Shown: positions 1 through 8,601 of the stretch, in pieces
How the letters are laid out: each line of letters opens with the position of its first letter
Numbering within the stretch: the first letter of the stretch is position 1
From: a virus
Strand: one strand, 5' to 3'
DNA: 64,000 nt
Virus record (IMG/VR): IMGVR_UViG_3300008262_000040
The notes under the pieces: generated by a model
What the model was told of the DNA's origin: nothing
Database searches by the model: none
Seen by the model: the letters and a program-made list of their open reading frames with translations, nothing else
Position numbers and translations under genes: made by a program

Positions 1-879
1 GGTTGTTTGAATGTCCGTTTGGTTTATTGGTAGTATCCTATTGCAAGTGCACCCTCCTCTCAGTGTACCAACTACGTAAGTTTCATTTGTGGTATTGTTG
101 TATGCACCTGGAGTGGATAACGTATAGCTCTGTACCACCCATTTAGTAGCGTCAAAATAATCTGCATCTGATGATCCGTTAAACGCCGCTGATGTTCCTG
201 ACATAGCAACGTTTGTTACAACTGGAGCTAATGCGTTACCTATCATATCTGAGGTTGTGGTGCACCCTGTAGCGCTAGTTGCTTTTCCGTATACCAACCC
301 ATGAATTAAATTAAACGACACATCTCTTACTTGAATAGCATCACCTGCATTTGCTAAACCTACATTTGCCCAAGTACCCGTTCCAACATATGCGCATGTA
401 GCATAATTATTTCTACCTGTACAACTGGTGGCTGCTGGTAGGTTTGTGCAGTACTCCAATGATGAGTGGTTACTCGGTACTATATAGACACAATCGTTGT
501 TTACCCAATCAAACGGGTCGTCAGCAGGTATGTTAAGATCCCTATCAGCAGCATTGTATATGACAATGATAGCACCTATGGGTAAATTATTCCAAGGTGC
601 TTCATTCTTGAATCTCATATGACCCGTTGCCATACCAGTTCCAGTGAAGTGATTGGGTGGAGAGAAGTCCCCGTTGTTGTCGTCGAGTATCCAACCAGCT
701 ATGTTTACTTTGGCTAATACGCAATTGGAATTGTTTATTGGTGTAGATGATCCTACAACTAATTCAACCCACTCTTTTGCACCACTGGCACCTTGTGAGA
801 ATTCGTTGATACGGATTGTTTGTCCTTTTGCAATAGTCCATAACATTAAACTTATCGCAACTAATTTAGTAGTTTTCAT
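1..879 (-). CDS. Secreted protein with signal peptide and lamin-tail-like N-terminal domain (partial; runs off window, absent from ORF track)
   Basis: ATG at 879; open frame to position 1: MKTTKLVAISLMLWTIAKGQTIRINEFSQGASGAKEWVELVV...GWILDDNNG. The INE...EWVEL...GW.L.D pattern is typical of lamin-tail domains in Bacteroidota secreted proteins. Confidence 0.7.
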   Translation of the reverse strand, partial: MKTTKLVAISLMLWTIAKGQTIRINEFSQGASGAKEWVELVVGSSTPINNSNCVLAKVNIAGWILDDNNGDFSPPNHFTGTGMATGHMRFKNEAPWNNLPIGAIIVIYNAADRDLNIPADDPFDWVNNDCVYIVPSNHSSLEYCTNLPAATSCTGRNNYATCAYVGTGTWANVGLANAGDAIQVRDVSFNLIHGLVYGKATSATGCTTTSDMIGNALAPVVTNVAMSGTSAAFNGSSDADYFDATKWVVQSYTLSTPGAYNNTTNETYVVGTLRGGCTCNRILPINQTDIQTT

Positions 880-883
880 ATGT

Positions 884-1006
884 TTATCTTAAGCGCCCTT
901 TACCGCATTTCATTCTATGGTTTGCAGCGTAACCTGTTGTGTATGTTCTTGCGCATGATGATACGAGTAGTGTTATGATCAACATAACCGTTAGTGTTCT
1001 TTTCAT
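884..1006 (-). CDS. Small lipoprotein (40 aa)
   Basis: MKRTLTVMLIITLLVSSCARTYTTGYAANHRMKCGKGRLR*: basic N-terminus, hydrophobic core, lipobox LVSS-C. Confidence 0.7.
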   Translation of the reverse strand: MKRTLTVMLIITLLVSSCARTYTTGYAANHRMKCGKGRLR

Positions 1007-1220
1007 ATAATATTTGTTTGTCTAGTGTTATTGTAAAGGCGCTTGCTTGTTTTATTTTTCTCATAACATCATCGATTGGCTCATCTGACTCAATCATTCT
1101 ACCATCCATTGTGTAGACAGTACATCGACCCTCATCATTTGCGAATAAGCTTGTTATGAATACTGGATTTATGTAGCGTACTGCTTCCCCTTGCTTGATT
1201 TTAATGAATTTGGTTTCCAT
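915..1220 (-). CDS. Hypothetical protein (FlbD-like small beta protein); 3' part overlaps the lipoprotein gene
   Basis: ORF track; YINPVFITSL...TVYTMDG pattern. Confidence 0.5.
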   Translation of the reverse strand: METKFIKIKQGEAVRYINPVFITSLFANDEGRCTVYTMDGRMIESDEPIDDVMRKIKQASAFTITLDKQILYEKNTNGYVDHNTTRIIMRKNIHNRLRCKP

Positions 1221-1578
1221 TTTTATTGTAGTTATTTTCTAAATATTCCCAAGTAGATTCGAATGAATAGCAGATTGGGTTACCTTTTTCGTCGTATGCT
1301 CCGTACTCAGCGGCAGATTCTCTATCTTCTAGATTCCCATTAATCATGAACTTTTTTATTTTGCTCCAATCCTTCTGTCCAAAATCATTCTCGTAACAAA
1401 ACCAACTATACCAATCCGCTCCCTCTTCACCATATACTTCTCTGATTAGGCGCATGATTATATCATGATAAGGCTCAACGAATTCAAGCAAGTCTACTTT
1501 CTTTTTGTAGAGATCTTGGATATCTCTATCTGCTTTCTGTAGTGTGAGTGTAATCTTTAAGAACGTTTCATATGTCAT
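1201..1578 (-). CDS. Hypothetical phage protein
   Basis: ORF track; co-oriented and tightly packed. Confidence 0.7.
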   Translation of the reverse strand: MTYETFLKITLTLQKADRDIQDLYKKKVDLLEFVEPYHDIIMRLIREVYGEEGADWYSWFCYENDFGQKDWSKIKKFMINGNLEDRESAAEYGAYDEKGNPICYSFESTWEYLENNYNKNGNQIH

Positions 1579-1585
1579 AACTCAT

Positions 1586-1681
1586 TTATTTTTTAAAATT
1601 TTTATAAAAATCAATTGCTCCAAATACGCACGTTAAAATAAATAACGTTGTAAATACGTAAATAAAAATATCTGCTATCAT
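1586..1681 (-). CDS. Small single-TM peptide (31 aa)
   Basis: MIADIFIYVFTTLFILTCVFGAIDFYKNFKK*; fills the intergenic gap exactly. Confidence 0.5.
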   Translation of the reverse strand: MIADIFIYVFTTLFILTCVFGAIDFYKNFKK

Positions 1682-1692
1682 AATTTAATATT

Positions 1693-1896
1693 TTATTCTT
1701 CTTCCCAAGGCTCGTTCTCTAATCCGTCCATTAGTGTAGTATCCCAATCTTCCCATTCTTCTTTATCATAATCATATGAAAGTCTGATGAAACTCTCAAG
1801 CATCGGATGAAATACTTTTTCTTTCCATTCATCAAACGTGTATGTTGAATTGGGATTGTCTTCGAGATACTGTTTGTATTGTGATTCTAGTGTCAT
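1693..1896 (-). CDS. Hypothetical acidic protein
   Basis: ORF track. Confidence 0.65.
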   Translation of the reverse strand: MTLESQYKQYLEDNPNSTYTFDEWKEKVFHPMLESFIRLSYDYDKEEWEDWDTTLMDGLENEPWEEE

Positions 1897-1902
1897 ATTA
1901 TA

Positions 1903-2538
1903 TTAATATAAACTTCTAATTAGATATTGGTATACTACTCCGTTCCTATCTAAACGCACACTAATGAAATTTAACCCTAATCTTATTTGATCATGTAGGT
2001 AAAGCATACTGTGCTTACTCATTAGAAACGACTTATAATATCTCTTAAAACCCGACATGTCAAATACTTCAACTGTTTGTATGTAGCTTAAGTTATTGTT
2101 TGTTACCACGTTTAAGTAACCAGCATTGTAGACTATGCGGATGCCTTTATTTTGTTCTACTGTCTTCTCTTCAACTTTTTCGTTTAGCGGTAGTACAAGC
2201 ATTCCAGTGTTTATCTCAAGCCAGCCCATATCAGGGTTTGATATGCAGAACGTTTCTGCTTTTGCTCTAAACAATATAGGTGCAGGTGTTGATCGAAATA
2301 TATGCACAATCACACAATCAGCTGAGTCTACTTGGACGTCGACTGCTTTATCTTGATCAGCTTTTGTTCTTATTCTTGCTCCACAAGTCTGTTTATTGCA
2401 CACTCTGAATAGGTGTACGCCTGAGTCGTAGCCTAAATAGGTTATACGGATAACATTATTCTCATAGAATTGTCCTCCGTTTTGTGCTCCTGCTATCAAG
2501 CTAAATAGCATTAGTAGAGTGGTGATAAGAGTTTTCAT
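1903..2538 (-). CDS. Secreted protein with T9SS type A CTD-like C-terminus
   Basis: Signal peptide MKTLITTLLMLFSLIAGA-Q; VLPL linker; C-terminal ~80 aa with VEVFDMSG...LGLNFISV...LIR. Confidence 0.55.
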   Translation of the reverse strand: MKTLITTLLMLFSLIAGAQNGGQFYENNVIRITYLGYDSGVHLFRVCNKQTCGARIRTKADQDKAVDVQVDSADCVIVHIFRSTPAPILFRAKAETFCISNPDMGWLEINTGMLVLPLNEKVEEKTVEQNKGIRIVYNAGYLNVVTNNNLSYIQTVEVFDMSGFKRYYKSFLMSKHSMLYLHDQIRLGLNFISVRLDRNGVVYQYLIRSLY

Positions 2539-2556
2539 TTATTTAGGGAGTATTGA

Positions 2557-2805
2557 TTACACTATTAACTTATCCATATTGAGTCCATGATCATCTAACT
2601 CTTCATACAATCTTTCATAGAATTTATCAATAGCGTCATAAGGACTTTCTATCTTCTCAAACTCTATTTCATTGAAGATCTGCTTTTTGGCATTGAAAAC
2701 CAACTGCCATAACACTAAAGCCATATCCGTTGCTTTTACAGCACGTTCAAATTCCATTGCATCATCTGCGTCTGTTAAATCGAATTCTAAGATTGCTTTT
2801 GCCAT
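2557..2805 (-). CDS. Conserved hypothetical phage protein
   Basis: ORF track (MAKAILEFDL...). Confidence 0.7.
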   Translation of the reverse strand: MAKAILEFDLTDADDAMEFERAVKATDMALVLWQLVFNAKKQIFNEIEFEKIESPYDAIDKFYERLYEELDDHGLNMDKLIV

Positions 2806-2812
2806 AACTGTT

Positions 2813-2911
2813 TTATTTTAATTTTCTAATCTGTTTTTCCATATCAAATACACCAAACACACATATTCCAAGTAACAGACCGAATACAGCTCCTATTATT
2901 ATAGTTTCCAT
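2813..2911 (-). CDS. Small single-TM peptide (32 aa)
   Basis: METIIIGAVFGLLLGICVFGVFDMEKQIRKLK*; fills gap. Confidence 0.5.
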   Translation of the reverse strand: METIIIGAVFGLLLGICVFGVFDMEKQIRKLK

Positions 2912-2912
2912 T

Positions 2913-3251
2913 TTATACGTATTTATTTCCTAATTCTGTAGTACCGTAAACAATATCACCGCTTTCATTTATCTTAGCCTCTATCAGCCCTTTATCCACT
3001 AGCCCGTTCAACAACTCTTCTGAGTATAGTAAGCCAGATTTTTCAAATATCTCGTTGTACTCTGACTCTGTCATGTAGTAGTGCTCTCTTTCTCCAAGAA
3101 CATATGAATTATAGTAATCTTTGCAGTGTTCTCCTATTTGCTCTAACCATATTTCTAAAAGTCTGCGTTCCATCTTATCTTCTACAGGTAAAGACGCCTC
3201 TGACTCGTATATCGCGCGGGTAATGCTATCTAAATACAATAAATGTTCCAT
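2913..3251 (-). CDS. Hypothetical protein with winged-helix-like C-terminus
   Basis: LNGLVDKGLIE...VYGTTELG pattern. Confidence 0.55.
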   Translation of the reverse strand: MEHLLYLDSITRAIYESEASLPVEDKMERRLLEIWLEQIGEHCKDYYNSYVLGEREHYYMTESEYNEIFEKSGLLYSEELLNGLVDKGLIEAKINESGDIVYGTTELGNKYV

Positions 3252-3269
3252 AATTTTTTATTTTGTGAC

Positions 3270-3857
3270 CTAATCCCACCATCTAGCACTTCTCTCTTCC
3301 ATTATTCTCCAAAGTAATTTATCTGCTCGAGCTTGATTGTAGCGTCCAACGTAGTGCGTTAAGTCTTCTTTATTTGATAGGTCTTTATTAGGATATAATT
3401 TTTTAACCCGTCTAACAGCTCCTTTGTATTTAGCTAAATACTCGTCCCAATTTTCAGAATTAATTTTTGTATCTATAGTAGAACAATCTGGTCTATCTTC
3501 ACAAGGAGTGAAAACAAACTCGCTATCCTCGTAATCGTACTTCTCAAGCGAATAGTAGTCTTCGTGCTTTCGCTCAATTAAATTAAGAACCCAAGTCATG
3601 TCTCTATTGTCCTGAGGTACACTGAGGTGACGATTGTGTTTGACTAAGTACTCTCTCTGCAATTCAATCTTACGTTGAAGAACTCTGGTTATGTAATAAT
3701 CGTCCCAATGTCTGTCTCTCCAAATAACCGGTAACCAATCTATTAGATTTTCTATGCTATCCACGAGCTTGTTAAACCAAATGGGGGTGTAGCGACGCCA
3801 AGTTGTTCTATCCCAAGCTGTGTCTTTAGGAATTGGTAATTTTGTATAGCGCCTCAT
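3270..3857 (-). CDS. Conserved hypothetical phage protein
   Basis: ORF track; WLPVIWRDRHWD...WWD. Confidence 0.7.
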   Translation of the reverse strand: MRRYTKLPIPKDTAWDRTTWRRYTPIWFNKLVDSIENLIDWLPVIWRDRHWDDYYITRVLQRKIELQREYLVKHNRHLSVPQDNRDMTWVLNLIERKHEDYYSLEKYDYEDSEFVFTPCEDRPDCSTIDTKINSENWDEYLAKYKGAVRRVKKLYPNKDLSNKEDLTHYVGRYNQARADKLLWRIMEERSARWWD

Positions 3858-3863
3858 AACTCA

Positions 3864-4121
3864 TTATTTTGAATGTAAATTTACTAACGAAGAGAATTGG
3901 TGTTTTGGCATAACGCCTTTTGATTGATGAACAAGTTGCCCGTTTTTGTAGAACAATAGGGTCGGTATGCTAGATATTTGTAGATCTTTAACCTCTGGAT
4001 GGGATACACCAACTTTAATTAAGCTTACATTTGGAGAACTAGCACACGTTTCTTGAACTATGGGCCAAAAAGATTTACAAGGGCCACACCATTCTTCAGA
4101 TACATATTTAATTGATAACAT
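3864..4121 (-). CDS. trxA: Thioredoxin
   Basis: WCGPC active site; SIPTLLFYKNG. Confidence 0.9.
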   Translation of the reverse strand: MLSIKYVSEEWCGPCKSFWPIVQETCASSPNVSLIKVGVSHPEVKDLQISSIPTLLFYKNGQLVHQSKGVMPKHQFSSLVNLHSK

Positions 4122-4180
4122 ATTTTGAATTTATATAAAAGTAACAAATTATCCCTTAAATATAAAAGATAAGTTTTTGG

Positions 4181-4696
4181 TTAAACATTTACGTATTCGG
4201 TACCAGGAATAAAATCTCGAGTGTTATATTTATCAAGTAGCTGTTTCCACGTGTAACCAAATCGTTTTTCAAAGTGTGGCTTGTCTTTAAAAGATCTCCA
4301 ATCTCCTCCCCACTCCCATCCGTTGGCCTTAAGTATGTTAACGACTTCAACCCAATCAGCCTTACCGTCTCTATCGAAGTCTACGTTATCTTCCCAAGAT
4401 GCAGTACGATTGTCTTTGATTAATACTATATCTAAAGCTAGACCATAATTGTGAATAGATTGGCCGCCTTTGGCTTTAGTTACAACGCCAAGTCTTTTTC
4501 CACTAGCGTCGTATAGCTTAGTTCTTCCTTGTGCGTATAGCGCATTTTGCTCAGCAAACGTTCTGAGGGTGTAAGCAAATCTACAAATTGCTCGTCCTGT
4601 TAGAGCAGGAACTATTTGATTTCTGTAAATATTGTCAACCTCTGCTCTTACTTTTGGGTGTAGAAGTTGAATTCTTTGTAACGTTACTTGATCCAT
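4181..4696 (-). CDS. Endolysin, peptidase M15 (L-Ala-D-Glu endopeptidase, CwlK-like)
   Basis: RTFAEQNALYAQGRT, SIHNYGLALD and DKPHFE zinc motifs. Confidence 0.9.
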   Translation of the reverse strand: MDQVTLQRIQLLHPKVRAEVDNIYRNQIVPALTGRAICRFAYTLRTFAEQNALYAQGRTKLYDASGKRLGVVTKAKGGQSIHNYGLALDIVLIKDNRTASWEDNVDFDRDGKADWVEVVNILKANGWEWGGDWRSFKDKPHFEKRFGYTWKQLLDKYNTRDFIPGTEYVNV

Positions 4697-4700
4697 AAAT

Positions 4701-4717
4701 ATATTTATTATAAATAT
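4701..4717. promoter_or_regulatory. Palindromic bidirectional late-promoter-like element ATATTTAT-T-ATAAATAT
   Basis: Perfect 8-bp inverted repeat of the recurring ATATTTAT motif, lying between divergent endolysin and holin-like genes. Confidence 0.6.
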
Positions 4718-4725
4718 TCGTTCTT

Positions 4726-5049
4726 ATGAAAAGCTTTTTTTCTAAACTATTTGGAGCAAAAACAGGCGTAAGCTCAAAGAGATTCATAGGCTTTCTCGCA
4801 GCTATCACAATGATATTCGTGGCAGTGGTTGATCTTTTTACAGATAAGACTGTATCTAATTACGTGTTTGAAGGCTTGATGTGGCTTGCTATTGCTGGTT
4901 TAGGGTTCGTTGCTAGCGAAAGATTTGCAGATGTATTAGTCTCTAGAAAAAAAGAGAACATACAGGATATTCATACTAACAATCAACCAATCGAACAATT
5001 TGAGGACGAATCAACTGATTATCCCCGCGATGGGAGATTCAGACACTGA
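4726..5049 (+). CDS. Holin-like membrane protein with two TM helices
   Basis: SSKRFIGFL...two hydrophobic helices; divergent from endolysin; the only credible plus-strand gene. Confidence 0.6.
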   Translation: MKSFFSKLFGAKTGVSSKRFIGFLAAITMIFVAVVDLFTDKTVSNYVFEGLMWLAIAGLGFVASERFADVLVSRKKENIQDIHTNNQPIEQFEDESTDYPRDGRFRH

Positions 5050-5226
5050 TTTAACTTCAAAATCGTTAAGATCTCCGAGCCATTTGGTTACTTTGGCTTC
5101 CGCTTCGGTGCAACTCATTGCATCCACTAAATATTGAACTGTAACCTTCTTTATTTTGCCTGACTTTTCGTCTTCTGTCAAAAACTGTACCTTTGCCAAA
5201 AAGTACTTGGCTAGTTTGTTTTGCAT
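5011..5226 (-). CDS. DUF4494-like protein (Bacteroidota family)
   Basis: GKIKKVTVQYLVDAMSCTEAEAKV. Confidence 0.7.
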   Translation of the reverse strand: MQNKLAKYFLAKVQFLTEDEKSGKIKKVTVQYLVDAMSCTEAEAKVTKWLGDLNDFEVKSVSESPIAGIIS

Positions 5227-5235
5227 TGATTTATT

Positions 5236-5424
5236 TTAAATGTTTAATGTTAAATTGCTAGACATGTTTCCTCCCTCTTCGTCTACTTTTCGCTTAGACT
5301 CCATGGTGTATTTAACCCCTGCTTTTTCTAAGAGCTCATCGATCTCTTTCTTTATTTCTTGTACGCTCTCTATGTACTCTTTAAGTTTTTTCTTTTCGTC
5401 TGGTGAAAGTCTGTCTAAAGCCAT
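5236..5424 (-). CDS. Hypothetical protein
   Basis: ORF track; ATATTTAT motif 14 nt upstream. Confidence 0.6.
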   Translation of the reverse strand: MALDRLSPDEKKKLKEYIESVQEIKKEIDELLEKAGVKYTMESKRKVDEEGGNMSSNLTLNI

Positions 5425-5434
5425 TTTATTGTTT

Positions 5435-5641
5435 TTAATAAATATTAGAAAGTTCTACAATGTGTTTAGCGACTTCGGGATCTTTTACAATTGCTATCTC
5501 GTAGTCTGATTTGCCTGAAGACGCGATAACACCAGTATACCTCTGCGCAGAACTGTGATTAACGCAAGTATCTCTATAACCAAGTTCAACTCTTCTTTGG
5601 GGAATTTCTGATTGACAAACTTTACAGTAGCTTTTTTTCAT
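5435..5641 (-). CDS. Small zinc-finger protein (DksA/TraR-like finger)
   Basis: CKVCQSEIPQRRVELG...TCVNH. Confidence 0.6.
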   Translation of the reverse strand: MKKSYCKVCQSEIPQRRVELGYRDTCVNHSSAQRYTGVIASSGKSDYEIAIVKDPEVAKHIVELSNIY

Positions 5642-5662
5642 AACTTTTATTTTTTATTTGGT

Positions 5663-5806
5663 TTAAAATTGTTTGTTCCAATGGGTAGGAGGTATATCTT
5701 TTATGAACGCTCTTCTAATTCTCTTGTTGTGTCTTAATAGTCTTTTCAAACTTAATATACACTTATCAAGTTTTTTAAGTTTCTTTTTTAGTTTCTTCTT
5801 GCTCAT
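5663..5806 (-). CDS. Small, highly basic protein (47 aa)
   Basis: MSKKKLKKKLKKLDKCILSLKRLLRHNKRIRR...; fills gap. Confidence 0.45.
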   Translation of the reverse strand: MSKKKLKKKLKKLDKCILSLKRLLRHNKRIRRAFIKDIPPTHWNKQF

Positions 5807-5809
5807 ATG

Positions 5810-6328
5810 TTATATATTTATATCTCTTGCTGCTATTATGCTACCCATCTCCATGTAAGCATCAGCTAGGTGCTCCTGCGCCTTCTCCACTAGCTCCTTT
5901 ATATACATATGCTCTTCACATACAGGATGACTTATCAAACAATTCTCTATCATCTCATGAACGATCGTTAATCTGTCTAATACTTCGTGATAGTGAAACG
6001 CGTCTAGCTCTATAGCATCATCTAGATAGTTGCGTGAGCGTAGCTTCTCCATAGCATTTTCCTCTACGTGTTCGTAGGCTCCTTCTGGTCCTATCTGAAA
6101 GTTATCTGATACGAACGGTGTGCTTAGTGTGGCTACTTTATAGGGTTCTATACCTGTTTCAACAAATGTTTCTATTTCAAATTCTACCTCCGACCCATTA
6201 ACTAGACCATCATGTTGTTGATATGGGTTAAGTGGTAGGCTATCAACAAAGGATACATTACCGCCTATATGATCTTCATTATACCATATAGTCCATCCTT
6301 TTGATAATTTGTGTATTGTTCCTTTCAT
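5810..6328 (-). CDS. Hypothetical protein (possibly two fused modules)
   Basis: Start refined to MKGTIHKL at 6328. Confidence 0.6.
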   Translation of the reverse strand: MKGTIHKLSKGWTIWYNEDHIGGNVSFVDSLPLNPYQQHDGLVNGSEVEFEIETFVETGIEPYKVATLSTPFVSDNFQIGPEGAYEHVEENAMEKLRSRNYLDDAIELDAFHYHEVLDRLTIVHEMIENCLISHPVCEEHMYIKELVEKAQEHLADAYMEMGSIIAARDINI

Positions 6329-6624
6329 TTTGTTTGTTTTAATTGTTCTCTGTACCATTTAGCACCTAATTCAAAAGAACCTACTGAAATATCTAAATCT
6401 TCAAATCTACATTGTTTTGCTGCTTTCTCTATTTCTTTATCTGATATTTCATCAGGTGTTGCTCTATTATAACCAGCCCTAAATCCATTCATCCAAAAAT
6501 GTTTATCATTCTCATCACAACCATCACATCCTTCCCAGGATTGTTCTGCTAGTTCATAAACTTTTTTAAGTTCTTCTGTAAGTTTATCTATTTTTTCTTT
6601 TATAAGTGGTGGTATCTCTTTCAT
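6325..6624 (-). CDS. Hypothetical phage protein
   Basis: ORF track. Confidence 0.65.
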   Translation of the reverse strand: MKEIPPLIKEKIDKLTEELKKVYELAEQSWEGCDGCDENDKHFWMNGFRAGYNRATPDEISDKEIEKAAKQCRFEDLDISVGSFELGAKWYREQLKQTK

Positions 6625-6626
6625 TA

Positions 6627-7169
6627 CTAATCTTTTTTAAGTTGTTTAAGTACCTGGATTAGATAGTCTATATTATTACCCCTAAAATAAGCCTTTCTAA
6701 TTTCTTGCTCTGTATATAGAGTTTCTTTGGCTTTATTGTAACCATCTATAAAACCTTCTTCGTAATCAGGAACTTTACCTTTACCATACATTTCTTCAGC
6801 CATCTTATTTACAGTGTCATTTACAGTGTCATACAACCCATCCTTAGCATCTAAGTCCATTATTTCTGTAATGAGCTGCTTTTGTTGTTCTTTGGTTGGG
6901 ATTAGTTTGGCGTACCTAATAGTATATTCATCTTGTTCCTCTGAATTACCGACAGACGCTACTGTTTCTGTTACTATCTCAAACTCTACATCAGGATTTA
7001 CAGCTACTCTCGCTTCTATGTTATCAAATACCAACCTACAATCCTCTAGAAACTTTATATCATCGGGGTGTAGCATTGTATTTGCTTGAAAATATTCTAT
7101 ACCGTCAGGAGAGGTAGCCATATGTTGTACCCACCATTCACCTTGATCATAAATTAATTTACCTTTCAT
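6627..7169 (-). CDS. Hypothetical phage protein
   Basis: ORF track. Confidence 0.7.
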   Translation of the reverse strand: MKGKLIYDQGEWWVQHMATSPDGIEYFQANTMLHPDDIKFLEDCRLVFDNIEARVAVNPDVEFEIVTETVASVGNSEEQDEYTIRYAKLIPTKEQQKQLITEIMDLDAKDGLYDTVNDTVNKMAEEMYGKGKVPDYEEGFIDGYNKAKETLYTEQEIRKAYFRGNNIDYLIQVLKQLKKD

Positions 7170-7372
7170 AGTTCAATCTCATTTACTTTAAAGATATAGA
7201 ATTCTCTGTTAGGTTCCAAGTTTGAGTTTGATAGAGCATCTACAATCCACTTTCCATAATTTTCCGATCTTGTGATTGCTATTGGTTCATCTGTCACAAT
7301 GAAGCCGGTGTCAGGATCAATGTCCTTGTATCTTATCTCCCAGTGCTCTTTTATGTTATTTAGCTGCTTCAT
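7166..7372 (-). CDS. Hypothetical protein
   Basis: ORF track; ATGA overlaps with neighbours. Confidence 0.65.
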   Translation of the reverse strand: MKQLNNIKEHWEIRYKDIDPDTGFIVTDEPIAITRSENYGKWIVDALSNSNLEPNREFYIFKVNEIEL

Positions 7373-7620
7373 TTGTTATATAATTCGTTGTGATTTGATT
7401 TTGTAATAATATCTCTTATATCCTCCCAATACTCTTTTGAATCTATTTCAATATCCTCTCCTTCTATACGACCACTCCATTTTGCTACTCTGTATAATTC
7501 ACGGCAAATGTATTCGCATATGTTCTTTGCTGTGAGATAGTTCTTCTCGTGAGATAGTTCGTAGCACCACCTATTGTATGCGTCTGAATATAGTTTGGTT
7601 GCTTTTTCTTTTGGTGTCAT
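7369..7620 (-). CDS. Hypothetical protein (MTPKEKA family)
   Basis: Start refined to 7620; paralogous to 7617..7814. Confidence 0.65.
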   Translation of the reverse strand: MTPKEKATKLYSDAYNRWCYELSHEKNYLTAKNICEYICRELYRVAKWSGRIEGEDIEIDSKEYWEDIRDIITKSNHNELYNK

Positions 7621-7814
7621 GTTTTTTCTATTTCTTGTTTTACTTCTTGCCAATATTCGGAAGAATATGTGTCTGGGTTATATCCCAGTAATTCGGCTTG
7701 TTGCCTTTCAAATTCATTAGCTGTTGCTAATGCACATTTTTTAGCTAAGTCTAATTTAATAGTAATAGCCATGTACATTAAAATAAGTTCTGCTGCTTTT
7801 TGTTGTGGTGTCAT
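7617..7814 (-). CDS. Hypothetical protein (MTPQQKA family)
   Basis: ORF track; YWQEVKQEIEK C-terminus. Confidence 0.65.
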   Translation of the reverse strand: MTPQQKAAELILMYMAITIKLDLAKKCALATANEFERQQAELLGYNPDTYSSEYWQEVKQEIEKT

Positions 7815-8032
7815 AGCTTATAAGTTTTTTCAAATTCTCTAATAACGTATTCCATAGGTGCATCCTTTGTAAAGAGTGTGTGAGCAAACTTTAAGATCTC
7901 AATAGCTTGTTCTATTTCTAAATCCTTTGCTCTCTTTACCACTTCGTCTATCTTGCTATCCTTATCGTACCTGAGTGCTAGTAGTTTGTTCTCAAGCAGC
8001 TCTTGCATTAAAATGGTTACTGGTGATTTCAT
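7811..8032 (-). CDS. Hypothetical protein
   Basis: ORF track; paralogous to 8365..8598. Confidence 0.65.
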   Translation of the reverse strand: MKSPVTILMQELLENKLLALRYDKDSKIDEVVKRAKDLEIEQAIEILKFAHTLFTKDAPMEYVIREFEKTYKL

Positions 8033-8038
8033 ACTCTA

Positions 8039-8362
8039 TTATTCGTTTTCTGCATCCCACTCGGATACTATAAATTCAAGTTGCACTTTTGCTAGTTTAC
8101 CTTTCTTAGTCTTCCAAGCCATTGCTTTGAATCCACCTGTAGCAGATATCCAAGCAACTTCATGACTCTCTTTATTCTTTTCTGATAAGACCTGATCTAT
8201 TGCGTTATACATACGTTCTTCTGCACTTTCCTTTAGTTGTTGGATAGTTGGTACTCCTTCTCCATACCACATCCAATTAAGGGCTTTCATTGTTTGATTT
8301 ACTTTTTCAAAGTCAAAGTGAGCTAGCACTTCGTTTATCATGTCATACTTCTTTCTTGCCAT
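8039..8362 (-). CDS. Conserved hypothetical phage protein
   Basis: FDFEKV..TM.ALNW.W...ATGGF pattern. Confidence 0.7.
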   Translation of the reverse strand: MARKKYDMINEVLAHFDFEKVNQTMKALNWMWYGEGVPTIQQLKESAEERMYNAIDQVLSEKNKESHEVAWISATGGFKAMAWKTKKGKLAKVQLEFIVSEWDAENE

Positions 8363-8364
8363 AA

Positions 8365-8598
8365 CTAATCTTTTTTAAATGTTTCTTGGTAGTATTGTTC
8401 ACCATTAGATACCCACTTTTCTCCTATTTCACCATCTCTGTAATCATCATAGAAGTGGAAAGCATCTATTATCTCCCGCTTGTGCATTTCTTTGGCTTTA
8501 TCTCTTAATTCAGAATAAATACTGTGGTCTTCTTTTGTCAATCTTAATAAACCATTACCTAATAAATGTTCAATGAACCATTCTATTGATGTTTTCAT
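8365..8598 (-). CDS. Hypothetical protein
   Basis: ORF track; KAKEMHK...EQYYQETF. Confidence 0.65.
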   Translation of the reverse strand: MKTSIEWFIEHLLGNGLLRLTKEDHSIYSELRDKAKEMHKREIIDAFHFYDDYRDGEIGEKWVSNGEQYYQETFKKD

Positions 8599-8601
8599 AA
8601 C

